Assembly: GCA_038087875.1 (NCBI GenBank)
Contig: JAXLNO010000446.1
Location: 372,001-436,000, forward strand
Reading direction: 5' to 3'
DNA: 64,000 bases
Source: Malacoraja senta
Taxonomy: Eukaryota
The notes beneath the pieces were generated by a model. It saw only the letters and a program-made list of their open reading frames with translations. It was not told where the DNA came from and did no database searches. Position numbers and translations under genes: made by a program. How positions within the stretch are numbered: the stretch's first letter is position 1; every line of letters begins with the position of its first letter. Positions 25,765 to 39,605 of the stretch are shown here, one piece after another.

Positions 25765-27940
25765 AGTAGGCCATTCGGCCCTTCGAGCCAGCACCGCCAT
25801 TCACTGTGATCATTGCTGATCATCCCCAATCAGTACCCCGTTCCTGCCTTCTCCCCATATCCCCTGACTCTGCTATCTTTAAAGAATTATTTAGCTCTTG
25901 AAAACATCCAGCGAACCGGCCTCCACCGCCCTCTGAGGCAGAGAATTCTACAGATTCACAACTCTCTGTGTGAAAAAGTGTTTCCTCATCTCCGTTCTAA
26001 ATGGCCTACCCCTTATTCTTAAACTTTGGCCCCTGGTTCTGGACTCGGGAACATGTTTCCTGCCTTTAGCGTGTCCAATCCCTTAATAATCTTATATGTT
26101 TCAATAAGATACCCTCTCATCCTTCTAAATTCCAGTCTCATACGCTCAACGTTGGCCTTGCCCACAGTTTAGCATTTTGCCTCCTGGGTCCTCGCCGTCC
26201 CTGTCCAGAACTATCTTAAACCTAATCCAATAGTGGTCATTGGTTGGAAAAGGCTCCTCCAAGAACACTTGCCCCTCCCAGGCTGCCGAGACGAGGTCAA
26301 GCGTTGCCCCCCCCCCCCGTGTACGACCCTCAACATATTGACAGATAAATATTGTGCTCACTTTTGCTCACCTGCTGTTGGAATGATGTTGTGAAGCTGG
26401 AAAGAACGCAGAGAAAATTTACGAGGATGTTGCCAGGACTCGATGGGTTGAGATATAGGGTGAGGTAGAGGACTTCACACCTTGGAGCGCAGGAGGATGA
26501 GGGGTGATCTTATAGAGGTGTATAAAAACATGAGAGAAATAGATCAGGTAAACACACCTGTCTCTTGCCCAGAGTAGGGATATTTACCCAGAGTAGGGAT
26601 ATTTACCCAGAGTAGGGATATTTACCCAGAGTAGGGATATTTACCCAGAGTGGGTGAATCGAGGACATAGGTTTAAGGTGAGAGGGGGATGATTTAATAT
26701 GAACCTGAGGGGCAATGTTTTCACACAGTCTGATGGGTATATGGAACCATGAGACCAGTACTATAACAACATATAAAAGACACTTGGACAGGTACATGGC
26801 AAGGAAAGGTTTTGAGGGATATGGGCCATACATGGACTAGTGTAGATGGGGCAAGTTGGTCCAAAGGGCTTGTTTCTGTGATGTTTGACTCTAGGAGTCT
26901 GTGTTGTGAGCAGTCGGTATTACAGTCAAGGTGCTGCTGGTCCTGACGTGTATGAAGGTAGACAAATCTCCAGAGCCTGATCAGATATATCCGAGGACAT
27001 CGTGAGAAACTAGAGAGGAAATTGCAGGCGTCCTGTCTGAGATTTCCGAGTCATCAATAAAGACAGGAAGGTGCCGGAAGACTGGAGGATGGCAAATGTT
27101 GTGCCTCTATTGAAGAAGAGCTACAAGTACAAACCTGGGAACTATAGGACTGTGGCAGGCAGATTACAGGAGAATATTCTGAAAGATCAGATACATATGC
27201 ATTTGTGTAGACTGGGGCTGATTAGGGATAGTCAGCATGGTTTTGTAGGTGGGATTGTGTGTAGTTCTGGTCATCTCATTACAGGATGGATGTGGAAGCT
27301 TTGGAGACGGTGCAGAGAAGGTTCACCACAAGCATGCCTGGATTAGGCTCTTTATTACAGGGACTGGTTGCACAGACTTGCATTGTTTTCTCTGGAGCAT
27401 CAGAGGCTGAGGGGAGACGTGAAGGATATTGTACATGGATAGGACAGGTTTAGAGGGATATGGGCCAAACGCAGGCAAGTGGGATGGGACATGTTGGCCG
27501 GGGTGGGCAAGTTGGGCTGAAGGGCCTGTTTCCACACTGTATCACTCTGTGACACTATGACTAGTGTAGATGGGACATGTTGGCCGGCATGGGAAAGTTG
27601 GGCCGAAGGGCCAGTTTCCATACTGTATCACTCTGTAACTCTATGACAATGATCAAACGTTTTAGGAAACAGTCCTAACCTTTTTCCCAGGATAAAAGTG
27701 TCAAAGACTAGAGGGCACAGCTTTAAGGTGAGAGGGGCTAAGTTTAAAGGAGATGTGCGGGGCAGGTTTTGTTACACGGAGGGTGGTGGGTGCCTGGAAC
27801 ATGCTGCCAGGGGTGGTGGTGGAGGTGGATATGATAGTGGTATTTAGATGGCTTTCAGACAGACAGGTGGATATGAAGGGAGTGGAGGAGATCATGTTTG
27901 ACATGGACATTGTGGGCTGAAGGACCTGTTCCTCTGATGT
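25765..27940. mobile_element. Cluster of decayed CR1-type LINE pieces in both orientations
   Basis: Tail at 25765-26135 (-), endonuclease-like piece TRGGGATLDLV at 26146-26340 (-), RT N-terminal piece PEDWRMANVVPL...QHGF at about 26950-27250 (+), and tails. Confidence 0.8.
26567..26652. repeat. 19-bp tandem repeat inside a CR1 fragment
   Basis: (cccagagtagggatattta) four times plus a partial unit. Confidence 0.9.
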
Positions 27941-28715
27941 GATGTCCCATGGTCGATGTTGCTGTTAGTTTATTATTGTCTGGTGCGTTGAGATACAGAG
28001 AGAGGTTTTTGTCTGTGTGCTATCGGGTAAAATCACACAATATTAGGACACAATCAAACCTTACACAATCACCAGGTCGTGCAAAGAGAAAGTGACCAGA
28101 GAGCAGAATATAGTGGAATAGTGTTACATATTATAGAGACATCTGAATAGCTTTGATCTTGATGTATGTTTTTCACTGAGATTTATTTTTGGTTTACTTT
28201 TTTTTTTTTTTTTTTTGCAACAATATACTTTTTAAAGAATAAATTTGTAATTTTTTTGTAACATAAAAAACCCCCCAAAAAAACAACAAAAAAAACATAT
28301 TATAGAGAGAGTTCATGTATAAAACATGTAATGTCCACAATGACATCAGTTGGAAGATCGGACAGTACCCGAGCTTATGGAAGGGCCGTTCAGAAGCCTG
28401 ATAACAGGGGAAGAAGCTGTTCCCGAGTGTGGTGGTGCGCGCTTTCAAGCTTCTGTGTGTTACTCTGTGTGTTGTTTACTGTATGTTGTGTTGTTACTTG
28501 TGGGCGGAGCACCAAGGCAAATTCCTTGTATGTGAACATATTTGGCAAATATACTTATTCATTCACCTTCTGCCGGATGGGAGCGGGGAGCGGGGGGAAG
28601 AGGGAGTGAGCGGGGTGGGACAAGCCTGCGATTACATCTTTGTGAAGTTCCCCCTCACACCGCAAACACTTTCCTCCGGTATTCCGAGGCTGCAAGTTAA
28701 CTGGAGTTAAACAGT

Positions 28716-28997
28716 TTAGTTTAGTTTAGAGATACAGCACAGAAACAGGCCCTTCGGCCCACTGAGTCCGCACTGACCAATGATCCCCACACATTCACAC
28801 ACACCAGGGACAATTTACACTTATACCGAGCCAATTAACCTACAAACCTGCACGTCTTTGGAACGTGGCAGGATACCAAAGATCTCGAAGAAAACCCACG
28901 CAGGTCACGGGGAGAAGGTACAAACTCCGTACAGACAGCACCCGTAGTTGGGATTGAACCTGGGTCTCTGGCGCTGTGAGGCAGCAACTCTACCGCC
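28716..28997 (-). mobile_element. tRNA-derived SINE
   Basis: Reverse-complement copy. Other - copies at about 1709-1978, 2545-2775, 14790-15018, 41299-41617, 57248-57450 and 61868-62145. Confidence 0.9.
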
Positions 28998-29427
28998 AGC
29001 GTGCCATCCTCGATGACTTCTTCAGGTTTAATTTGATCCACAGAAGCAGCTTTGGTCCAGTACCCTGCTGTATCCGAGCATGGACGTGTGAAATGAACAG
29101 CCTGCTGTTACAGACAGAACACCATCTGATTTCTAGCTGTATTTATTTACTTTTTAACCCCAGAGAGGAGCTGTCAAGTTGTAAAAACCTCTTGAAATAT
29201 TGACTGATGTAAAAGTTCCTGTGGGGCAAATGTCAGCAGCTTCAACCTTCCTGCTCTGACGTTCAAAGCCGTCTTGTTGCAGCTCGCCTGGGTTCAGTGG
29301 GACCAAGTTGTCAGAGGTTTCTGACATCAATGAATAACATCCCCGCCAACAGATGCCTCCGTGACTGGGTGACATTTACAGAGACAGCCACACGACGGGC
29401 AACAACAGGGGCTTTCCAGAGTGGCGT

Positions 29428-29726
29428 CATGGTGGTGCAGCGGGTAGAGCTGCTGCCTCACAGCGCCAGAGACCCGGTTCAATCCTGACTACGGATGCTG
29501 TCTGTACGGAGTTTGTACGTTCTCCCCGTGACCTGCGTGGGTTTTCTCCTGGTGCTCCGGTTTCCTCCCACATTCCAAAGACGTGCAGGTTTGTAGGTTA
29601 ATTGGCTTTGGTGTAAATTGTCCCTAGTGTGTGTAGGACAGTGTGAGTGAGCGGGGATCGCTAGTTGACGTGGACTCTGTGGGCCGAAGGGCCTGTTTCC
29701 GTGCTGTATCTCTAAACTAAACTAAA
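29428..29726 (+). mobile_element. tRNA-derived SINE
   Basis: Same structure with an (AAACT)n tail. Other + copies at about 3553-3775, 3888-4156, 11545-12800 (split), 46128-46419, 51082-51487 (interrupted), 59027-59285, 61458-61725 and 62779-63045. Confidence 0.9.
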
Positions 29727-30283
29727 CCATACGCTGGAGAATGAGCAGCTCCAATATCCAAAATAAACATAACTAATTTAGTTGTATCAATGGGACACTG
29801 GTTATGCTCGTCATAGAATTGTATCCAATTGAAGCAGGCCATTTGGCCCATCATGTCTCTGCCGACCATAAAGCCTATCTATATTAATCCAAATTCATGT
29901 TCCTAAATTAACCAAACAGAATTAGGCCATTCGGCCCATCAAGTCTACTCCAGCATTCAATCATGGCTGATTTATCTTTCCTTCCTAACCCCATTCTCCT
30001 GCCCTCTCTGTCCCCATAACCTTTGGCAGCTGTGTGTTAATTCAACAATGTGTAGGGAGGCAGGGACTATCACAACCTGATGTAAAAGACGTCTGGACAG
30101 GGACATGGATAGGACAGGTTTGGAGGGATACGGGCCAGACACAGGCAGGTGGGACTAGTGTAGATGGGGCATGTTGATCGGTGTGGGCAAGTTGGGCCGC
30201 AGGGCCTGTGGTCATGCTGTGTGACTCTGTGATATACAGTCTATCCCACAATACGGTGTTCCAACCACGCTCCAAACCGAATC

Positions 30284-30575
30284 GCTGCCTGACCCGCTGA
30301 GTTACTCCAGCACTCTGTGAAACGTCACCTATCCATGTTCTCCACAGATGCTGCCTGACCCGCTGAGTTACTCCAGCACTCTGTGAAACGTCACCTATCC
30401 ATGTTCTCCACAGATGCTGCCTGACCCGCTGAGTTACTCCAGCACTCTGTGAAACGTCACCTATCCATGTTCTCCACAGATGCTGCCTGACCCGCTGAGT
30501 TACTCCAGCACTCTGTGAAACGTCACCTATCCATGTTCTCCACAGATGCTGCCTGACCTGCTGAGTTACTCCAGC
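30284..30575 (-). repeat. 66-bp tandem array
   Basis: About 4.5 units in reverse orientation. Confidence 0.95.
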
Positions 30576-30877
30576 TTTTAGTGTCTATCTTCAGTATAAA
30601 CCATCATCTGCTTTGTATTTACTAAACACCCCGGGGCTTTCTAATGTACGTATTACAGGGGTGAGTGCAGATTCCATCATGTAATGAGTACAACACTTCA
30701 TTGTGTGGATGCAGATGTTCCCAGTGGCTGGTGTGTGGGCTGTGCCCTTAGGCTGCATGGTTGGTGGCTGCACATGGTGTCAGCAGCATTCTCTGTCTCA
30801 CTGCCACCACTAGCCTAACCTGCCACAGATTAGTGACGTACGGCATTTCAATCAGGCCTGTGAAGTGACGAGAAAGA

Positions 30878-31399
30878 CACAGAGTGCTGGAGTAACTCAG
30901 CGGGACAGGCAGCATCTGTGGAGAACATGGATAGGTGACGTTTCACAGAGTGCTGGAGTAACTCAGCGGGTCAGGCAGCATCTGTGGAGAACATGGATAG
31001 GTGACGTTTCACAGAGTGCTGGAGTAACTCAGCGGGTCAGGCAGCATCTGTGGAGAACATGGATAGGTGACGTTTCACAGAGAGTGCTGGAGTAACTCAG
31101 CGGGTCAGGCAGCATCTGTGGAGAACATGGATAGGTGACGTTTCACAGAGTGCTGGAGTAACTCAGCGGGTGGGTCAGGCAGCATCTGTGGAGAACATGG
31201 ATAGGTGATGTTTCACAGAGTGCTGGAGTAACTCAGCGGGTGGGTCAGGCAGCATCTGTGGAGAACATGGATAGGTGACGTTTCACAGAGTGCTGGAGTA
31301 ACTCAGCGGGTCAGGCAGCATCTGTGGAGAACATGGATAGGTGACGTTTCACAGAGTGCTGGAGTAACTCAGTGGGTCAGGCAGCATCTGTGACGTTTC
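30878..31399 (+). repeat. 66-bp tandem array
   Basis: About 8 units. Confidence 0.95.
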
Positions 31400-31529
31400 A
31401 GGCCCGGACCTTCTTCACTAAGCTGTTCTGAACTGATGGAGCGCTCCTGAAGACTGACCTCTTTTAACTTATTTTTCTCATCTAGCTTTCAACCATTCAG
31501 AAGTCATATTTCACGCGTTCATTTGAGAA

Positions 31530-34500
31530 TCAGATGTCAGATGTGGGAGGTCATGGAGTCTGATACCCCTCCAGACGTCCACATCTGTGCCAGGTGCGTC
31601 GAGATGGGGCTCCTAAGGGACCGTGTTAGGAACCTGGAGCAGCAGCTCGATGACCTCCGTCTGATCAGGGAGAGAGGAGGTCATAGAAAGGAGTTATAGG
31701 GAGGTGGCCACTCCAAGACCACAGGAGGCAGACAAGTGGGTCATGTTAAGGAAGGGCAAGGGGCAGAGGCAGGGACTAGTGAGTACCCCAGTGGCTGTAC
31801 ACCTTGACAATAAGTACTCATGTTTGAGTAATGGTGGTGGAGACGGCCTACCTGGGGGCAGCGCAGCGGCCGGGCCTCCAGCACAGAGACCGTCCCTGTT
31901 GCTCAGAAGGGTAGGGAAAAGAAGAGGAGGACAATAGTAATAGGGGACTCTATGGTTAGGGGGTCGGATAGGCGATTCTGTGGACGCAGTCAGGAGACCC
32001 GGATGGTAGTGTGCCTCCCTGGTGCCCGGGTCAGGGATGTGTCTGAACGTGTACAAGAGATCCTGAAATCGGAGGGAGAGGAGCCTGAGGTCGTGGTACA
32101 TATAGGTACCAATGACATAGGCAGAAAATGAGAAGAGGTCCTGAAAGGAGAATTTAGGGAGTTGGGAGGAGAGTTAAGGAGAAGGACCGCAAAGGTAACA
32201 ATCTCAGGATTACTACCTGTGCCACGCGACAGTGAGAATAGGAATGGAATGAGGTGGAGGATAAATGCGTGGCTGAGGAACTGGTGCAGCGGGCAGGGAT
32301 TCAAATTTCTGGATCATTGGAACCTCTTTTGGGGAAGGTGTGACCTGTACAGAAAGGACGGGTTGCACTTGAACCCAAGGGGGACCAATATCCTGGCGGG
32401 GAGATTTGCAAAGGCTACTGGGGAGACTTTAAACTAGAACGGTTGGGGGGAGGGACTCAAATAGAGAAGGCTAGTAGAAAATGTGGGAGGCAGGAGGCAG
32501 AGAAGGGAAGCACTCGGACCCAAAATGTCGGGGAGAAAGAAGAAAAAGATAATAAACAGAGAATAAGTGGTGGTGGGTTTCTTTAATGTGTATATTTTAA
32601 TGCTAGGAGCATTGTAAGAAAGGTGGATGAGCTTAGAGTCTGGATTGACACCTGGAAGTATGATGTTGTGGCGATCAGTGAAACATGGTTGCAGGATGGC
32701 TGTGATTGGAAACTAAATATTCCAGGATTTCGTTGCTTCAGGTGTGATAGAATTGGAGGGGCAAGAGGTGGGGGTGTTGCATTGCTTGTCAAGGAAGATA
32801 TTACAGCAGTGCTTTGGCAGGATAGATTAGAGGGCTCGTCTAGGGAGGCTATTTGGGTGGAGCTGAGAAATGGGAAAGGTGTAGCAACACTTATAGGGGT
32901 GTATTATAGACCACCAAATGGGGAGCGAGAATTGGAAGAGCAAATATGTAAGGAGATAGCAGATATTAGTAGTAAGCACAAGGTAGTGATTGTGGGAGAT
33001 TTCAATTTTCCACACATAGACTGGGAAACACATTCTGTAAAAGGGCTGGATGGTTTGGAGTTTGTAAAATGTGTGCAAGATAGTTTTTTGCAGCAATACA
33101 TAGAGATACCTACTAGAGAAGGGGCAGTGCTGGACCTCCTGTTAGGAAATGAGACAGGGCAGGTGGCGGAGGTAAGCGTTGGGGAGCACTTCGGGTCCAG
33201 TGATTACAATACCATTAATTTCAATATAATTATGGAGAGGGTCAGAACTGGACCTAGGGTTGAGATGTTTGATTGGAGAAAGGCTAACTTTGAGGAGATG
33301 CGAAAGGATTTAAAAGGAGTGAATTGGGACATGTTGTTTTATGGGAAGGATGTAGAAGAAAAATGGAGGACATTTAAAGGTGAAATTTTAAGAGTACAGA
33401 ATCTTTATGTCCCTGTTCGGTTGAAAGGAAATAGTAAAAATTGGAAAGAGCCATGGTTTTCAAGGGAAATTGGACACAGTTCGGAAAAAGAGAGAGATCT
33501 ACAATAATTATAGGCAGCATGGAGTAAATGAGGTGCTTGGGGAGTATAAAGAATGTAAAAAGAATATTAAGAAAGAAATTAGAAAAGCTAAAAGAAGATA
33601 TGAGGTTGCTTTGGCAAGTAAGGTGAAAGTAAATCCAAAGGGTTTCTACAGCTATATTACCACCACCACCAAGCACTTTATTTGTCCCCGAGGGGCAATT
33701 TAAACAAACAATACATTTAAACTGCACCAACCGGTCGACCGCATGAGCAGCGACCCGGCAATGGATTGGGTTGTCAGCAGCGATACAATAAAAAAGAACA
33801 CACAAAGGGTAACACAAACATCCACCACAGCATTCATCACTGTGGTGGAAGGCACAAAAATTTGGCCAGTCCTCCTCCATTTCCCCCCCGTGGACAGGAC
33901 CAGAGTCCAAGTCAGTCCAGGATCGGCTCTTCCTCACCGGAGACCGCGGCTTTAGATTGTTATGGGCCGCAGGCCGGCGGTCAAGATTTAAGGTTCCCTG
34001 CCGCAGCCAGAAGCACCGTAGACTGCAGGGCCGGTGGTCAAAGCTCCCCTCCAGGGGTGATGGTAAGTCCATGCCGGCCCCGCGGTAGAAGTTGGCCGCG
34101 GGCCGGCAATGATGGCTTCTTCTTCTTCCCCCGGGTCCCCCAAGAGGGATCCTGGGCTGTAGACGCCGCACCAGCTGGAGCTTTGCAGACCGCGGCTTCA
34201 GGCTGCGACTTCAGGCTGCCGGCTGCCCCGGGCCAGCGAAACTGGGCCAGCGCTCCCCTCCAGCGAGCCCCAGCGAGGGTTCACCCGCTCCACGCCGAGA
34301 GTCCACGCTGCGCCCGCCGCTGAAGCCCGGGCAGGTCTCCGGGAAAGGCCGCGCCGATCCTTGATGTTAGGCCACGGGGGAGGCGACCTGGAAAAAGTCG
34401 CCTCTCCATGGAGGAGGCGACCAAAGCGGTTTCCCCCTTACCCCCCCACACCACCCCCCACACTAAACACACGAAGAAACATTAATTACACATTTTAAAA

Positions 34501-36392
34501 CATACTAAAAATAAAAAATATAGTTGAAAAACTGACGCACTGCTGACATGGATGCTGCCAGAGCAGCGCCCCCTACAGACTGTAGCAAAAGGATAACAAG
34601 GAATAAAATTGGTCCATTAGAGAGTCAGAGTGGACAGCTATCTGCAGAGCCAAAAGAGATGGGGGAGATATTGAACAATTTCTTTTCTTCGGTATTCACC
34701 AAGGAGAAGGATATGGAATTATGTGAGGTAAGGGAAACAAGCAGAGTAGCAATGGAAACTATAAGATTCAAAGAAGAGGAGGTGCGGACACTTTTGAAAA
34801 ATATGAAAACGGATAAGTCTCCAGGTCCTGACAGGATATTCCCTAGGACATTGAGGGAAGTTAGTGTAGAAATAGCAGGGGCTATGACAGAAATATTTCA
34901 AATGTCATTAGAAACGGGAATAGTGCCGGAGGATTGGCGTACTGCGCATGTTGTTCCGTTGTTTAAAAAGGGTTCTAAGAGTAAACCTAGCAATTATAGA
35001 CCTGTTAGTTTGATGTCAATGGTGGGCAAATTAATGGAAAGGATACTTAACAATAATATATATAAGCATCTGGATAAGCAGGGTCTGATTAGGAACAGTC
35101 AACATGGATTTGTGCCTGGAAGGTCATGTTTGACTAATCTTCTTGAATTTTTCGAAGAGGTTACTAGGGAAATTGATGAGGGTAAAGCAGTAGATGTTGT
35201 CTATATGGATTTCAGTAACGCCTTTGACAAGGTTCCTCATGGAAGGTTGGTTAAGAAGATTCAATTGTTGGGTATTAATGGTGGAATAGCAAGATGGATT
35301 CAACAGTGGCTGAATGGGAGATGCCAAAAAGTAATGGTGGATGGCTGTTTGTCAGGTTGGAGGCCGGTGACTAGTGGGGTGCCTCAGGGTCTGTGTTGGG
35401 TCCACTGTTGTTTGTCATGTACATCAATGATCTGGATGATGGTGTGGAAAATTGGATTAGTAAATATGCAGATGATACTAAGATAGGTGGTGGTGTGGAT
35501 AATGAAGTAGATTTTCAAAGTCTACAGAGAGATTTAGGCCATTTGGAAGAGTGGGCTGAAAGATGGCAGATGGAGTTTAATGCTGATAAATGTGAGGTGC
35601 TACATCTCGGCAGGACAAATCAAAATAGGACGTACATGGTAAATGGTAGTGAATTGAGGAATGCAGTTGAACAGAGGGATCCAGGAATAACTGTGCATAG
35701 TTCCCTGAAGGTGGAATCTCATGTAGATAGGGTGGTAAAGAAAGCTTTTGGTGTGCTGGCCTTTATAAATCAGAGCATTGAATATAGAAGTTGGGATGTA
35801 ATGTTAAAATTGTACAAGGCATTGGTGAGGCCAATTCTGGAATATGGAGTACAATTTTGGTCGCCTAATTATAGGAAGGGTGTCAACAAAATAGAGAGAG
35901 TACAGAGGAGATTTACTAGAATGTTGCCTGGGTTTCTCTAACTAAGTTACAGAGGTTGAACAAGTTAGGTCTTTATTCTTTGGAGCGCAGAAGGTTAAGA
36001 GGGGACTTGATAGAGGTCTTTAAAATTATGAACGGGTTAGACAGAGTTGACGTGGATAAGCTTTTCCCATTGAGAGTAGGGAAGATTCAAACAAGGGGAC
36101 ATGACTTGAGAATTAAGGGACAGAAGTTTAGGGGTAACATGAGGGGGAACTTCTTTACTCAGAGAGTGGTAGCTGTGTGGAATGAGCTTCTAGTGGAAGT
36201 GGTGGAAGCAGGTTCGATTTTATCCTTTAAAAATAGATTGGATGGGTATATGGATGGGAAAGGAATGGAGGGTTATGGTCTGAGTGCAGGTAGATGGGAC
36301 TAGGGGGGAAGGAAGAAGGGGGGAAAAAAAGTGTCTGGCACGGACTTGAAGAGCCGAGATGGCCTGTTTCCGTGCTGTAATGGTTATATGGT
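31530..36392 (+). mobile_element. Nearly full-length decayed CR1-clade (HER1-like) LINE, interrupted at about 33660-34580
   Basis: ORF1 remnants: CQMWEV...HICARC Cys motif and SGNH-esterase motifs IVIGDS, HIGTND, DGLHLN (stop 32437). ORF2: APE endonuclease (FNARS, ISETW, GVYYRPP, VGDFNFP, LDL) and RT (KSPGPD, NYRPVSL, QHGF, GVPQG, YADD), ending GRWD* at 36303. Several stops and frameshifts. Confidence 0.93.
33660..34580 (-). mobile_element. Unclassified GC-rich non-coding interspersed repeat, copy C, inside the long LINE ORF2
   Basis: Splits KGFYSYI/SKRITR of ORF2. On the minus strand it begins TAGGGGGCGCTG and ends AATAAA...(GGT)n. Confidence 0.8.
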
Positions 36393-36704
36393 TAATCCAG
36401 TGCCCCTCCACTGACCACTGCTTCATGGAATAGGGACAGAAACGCTTGCATGGAGTCACTCAGTGTGGAAACAGGCCCTTCAGCCCAACTCGTCCCAGCT
36501 ACACTAGTCCCACCTGGCTGCGCTTGGTCCATATCCCTCCAAACCTGTCCAAATGTTTCTAAAAAGTTACGATAGTTCCGGCTGCAACTACCTCCTCTGG
36601 CAGCTTGTTCCATACACCCACCATCTGTAGTGTAAAAAAAGTTGCCCCTCCCATTCCAGTTAAATCATTCCCCCCTCCTTTCAAACGGTCCCCTCTCTAC
36701 TTGG

Positions 36705-37060
36705 GATAAAAGAGGCTTTTTGATAAACAGGTGGATGTGTGGGGCATGGAGGAGAACAGTTGGCAGAAACTCCACATCACATCCAGCAACTGGGAGCACA
36801 TTACACTGGACAGGCGCTCCTGGGGAAAATCCATGCAGGAAGGAGCTGCACGTCACGATACAGAACTACGCCGTGTCGCAGAGAGAGAGAGAGAGAAGGG
36901 GGCTCGACAACTACCAACCACCGCCAGTCTCCACTGCCCACGTTGCACCAAGGTGTGTGGATCACAGATCAGCCTCTACAGACATCTACAGACCCACAAG
37001 TAGACGACCCTATGGAGGGGAGAGGGCTGTCATACTCGTTTCCAGCGACTGCCGATGATG
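36705..37060 (+). mobile_element. RTE-clade LINE 3' remnant
   Basis: WEHITLDRRSW...GA...CPRCTKVCGSQISLYRHLQTH* resembles RTE C-termini with a terminal C2H2 finger. Short gatgatga tail. Confidence 0.65.
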
Positions 37061-37855
37061 AAAAAAATGGAGGAGTATGGATCACGTGCAGTACTGAGGA
37101 GATCAGTTGAATAGATATTTAATTATCCGTCTGGGACATATAATGTGGCATTATGTTCGGCACAGATATTGTGGGCCGAAGGGCCTGTTCCTGTGCTGTT
37201 CTATGTTCTATGTTGTCCTTGATTTGACTGAGTGCTGACATTATTGAGTGTTCACCCACACATAGAACCAGAGCGCTGGCATCTCTTGCCCAGAGTAGAG
37301 GACCGGAGGACCGGAGGACCGGAGGGCCAGAGGACCAGAGGGCCGGAGGACCAGAGGACCGGAGGACCAGAGTTCAAGGTGAAGGGGAAAAGATTTAATA
37401 GGAATCTGAAGGGTAACTTTTTCACAAAAATGTGGTGGGTGTATGGAACGAGCTGCCAGAGGTAGTTGAGGCAGGGACTATCCCATCGTTTAAGAAACAT
37501 TTAGACAGGTACATGGATAGGACAGGTTTGGAGGGATATGGACCAAGCGCAGGCAAGTGGGACTAGTGTAGCTGGGACATTGTTGGCAAGTTGGGCTGAA
37601 GGGCCTGTTTCCACACTGTATCACTCTGTGACTGGTGTAGCTGGAACATTGTGGGCCGGTATGGGCACGTTGGGCTGAAGGGCCTGTTTCCACACTGTAT
37701 CACACTATGACTCTAAGCTCCGTGCGGGACTGAGTGACGGAGCGTCACTCCCACGGTGACACGGGGCACTCTGTCACTCTCGGACGGGACGGCCACTCGG
37801 TCATCAGAGTAGGAAGTGGCCACTGGACAAAGAAGCTAGGCCGAGCTAAACCACA

Positions 37856-38153
37856 GCGGCACGGTGGTGCAGCGGTAGAGTTGCTGCCTCACAGCATCAG
37901 AGACCGGGTTCCATCCCGACTACGGGTGCTGTCTGTGCGGAGTTTGTACGTTCTCCCCGTGACCTGCGTGGGTTTTCTCCGGGTGCTCCAGTTTCCTCCC
38001 ACACTCCAAAGACGTGCAGGTTTGTAGGTTAATTGGCTTGGTATAAGTGTAAATTGTCCCTAGTGTGTGTAGGATAGTGTTAGTGTGCGGGGATCGCTGG
38101 TTGGCATGGACTGGGTGGGCCGAAGGGCCTGTTTCCGTGCTCTATCTCTGAAC
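37856..38153 (+). mobile_element. tRNA-derived SINE (HE1/V-SINE-like), representative full copy
   Basis: A-box-like GGTGGTGCAGCGG, B-box-like GGTTCCATCCC, central GGAGTTTGTACGTTCTCCCCGTG...TTTCCTCCCACACTCCAAAGAC domain, and a 3' end shared with the CR1 tail (gggccgaagggcctgtttcc). Confidence 0.9.
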
Positions 38154-38664
38154 TACTCCCAGCTGCTGTGAATCACCTGTCGCTCTGCTTGTGGACTACA
38201 GCAACATTGCAATCTGTTTGTCACGTTAGTATTCATATCCTTCCTGCATTCACGTGGCCAAAAGATTCATCATCAGGTTAATGATCCCTTCGGAAACAGA
38301 CTGCTGGTTGTTCTCAGATTATAGAAACTTATCGATCAAAACGGATCTTATAGAAACATATACAATTATATAAGGACTGGACAAGCTAGATGCAGGAAAC
38401 ATGTTCCCAATGTTGGGCGAGTCCAGAACCAGGGGCCACAGTCTTAGAATAAAGGGGAGGCCATTTAAGACTGAGGTGAGAAAAAACTTTTTCACCCAGA
38501 GAGTTGTGAATTTATGGAATTCCCTGCCACAGAGGGCAGTGGAGGCCAAATCACTGGATGGATTTAAGAGAGAGTTAGATAGAGGTTCAAGGTTCAAGGT
38601 AGTTTTTATTGGTCACATTCACATACACCCCCTTATTTTCAAAGTGAGCCAATGAAATTCACAG

Positions 38665-38957
38665 GTCAGCACCAGCTACAACCTACGAGAACCTTTGACC
38701 TTCTGGCAACGTACTAGGACCTCCTGGCGACCCACCTACGGCTCGAGAATTCTCGCTACTCTTCATTCTAGTCGCCGCTAATTTTTCAACATGTGGATAA
38801 ATTCTCGGTGACCATAATGATGCAGTGACTAGTTCCCAGAATGCGGGAACTCCTCACGACCATGAAGGCGACTTCCCGGCAACCACCCGCGAACATGTGG
38901 TGACTGCATAGTCTCCTGCAGTCGCCTAAAAAGTCGCATAAGTGGGACAGGCCCATA
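38665..38957. mobile_element. One-ended relative of the Harbinger-type MITE
   Basis: Ends in taagtgggacaggccca. Another element ending in taattgggacaggccca lies at about 17100-17477. Confidence 0.6.
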
Positions 38958-39605
38958 AATGTTGGGATAGTCCCTGCCTCAACCACCTCCTCCGGCAGCT
39001 TGTTCCACCCACCACCCTGTGTGAAAACGTCACCCCTCAGATTCCTATTAAATCTTTCCCCCTCTCCTTAAACCTGTGTCCTCTGCTTCTCAATTTCCTA
39101 ACTCTGGGCAAGACTGTGCGTCTACCTGATCTATTCCTCTCATGATTTTGTACACCTCTATAAGATCACCCCTCATCCTCCTGCACTCAAAAGAATACCC
39201 AGCCAAATAACCTCTCCCTGTAGCTCAGGCCCTCGAGTCCTGGCAACATCCTCGTAAATCTTCTTTCCAGCTTGACAACATCTTTCCTATAACGCGGTGC
39301 CCAAAAGTGAACACGATACTTTAAATGCAGCCTCACTAATGTCTTGAACATGAGTGTTATACTGAACAACTGGGACACGAGTCTTGTACTGAACATTCCT
39401 GAGACACCAATAATTCGTAGTCCATTTCCAAAACTTAGAACAGTCAAAACAAAAACATCAAGGGAAGGCAAGGAAGGAGAACAGAATCCGACACCAACCA
39501 ACATGCCCCATCTACACTAGTTCCACCTGCCTGCGTTTGGCCCATAGCCCTCTCTCTGACATTTACAGAGGACGGCTGTTGTCCACATCCCTCTCTCTTC
39601 ATTCG

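Noticed and set aside
32623..36303. Long endonuclease and RT ORFs as an active element or host gene
   Set aside because: Broken by stops, at least three frameshifts and a 0.9-kb insertion.
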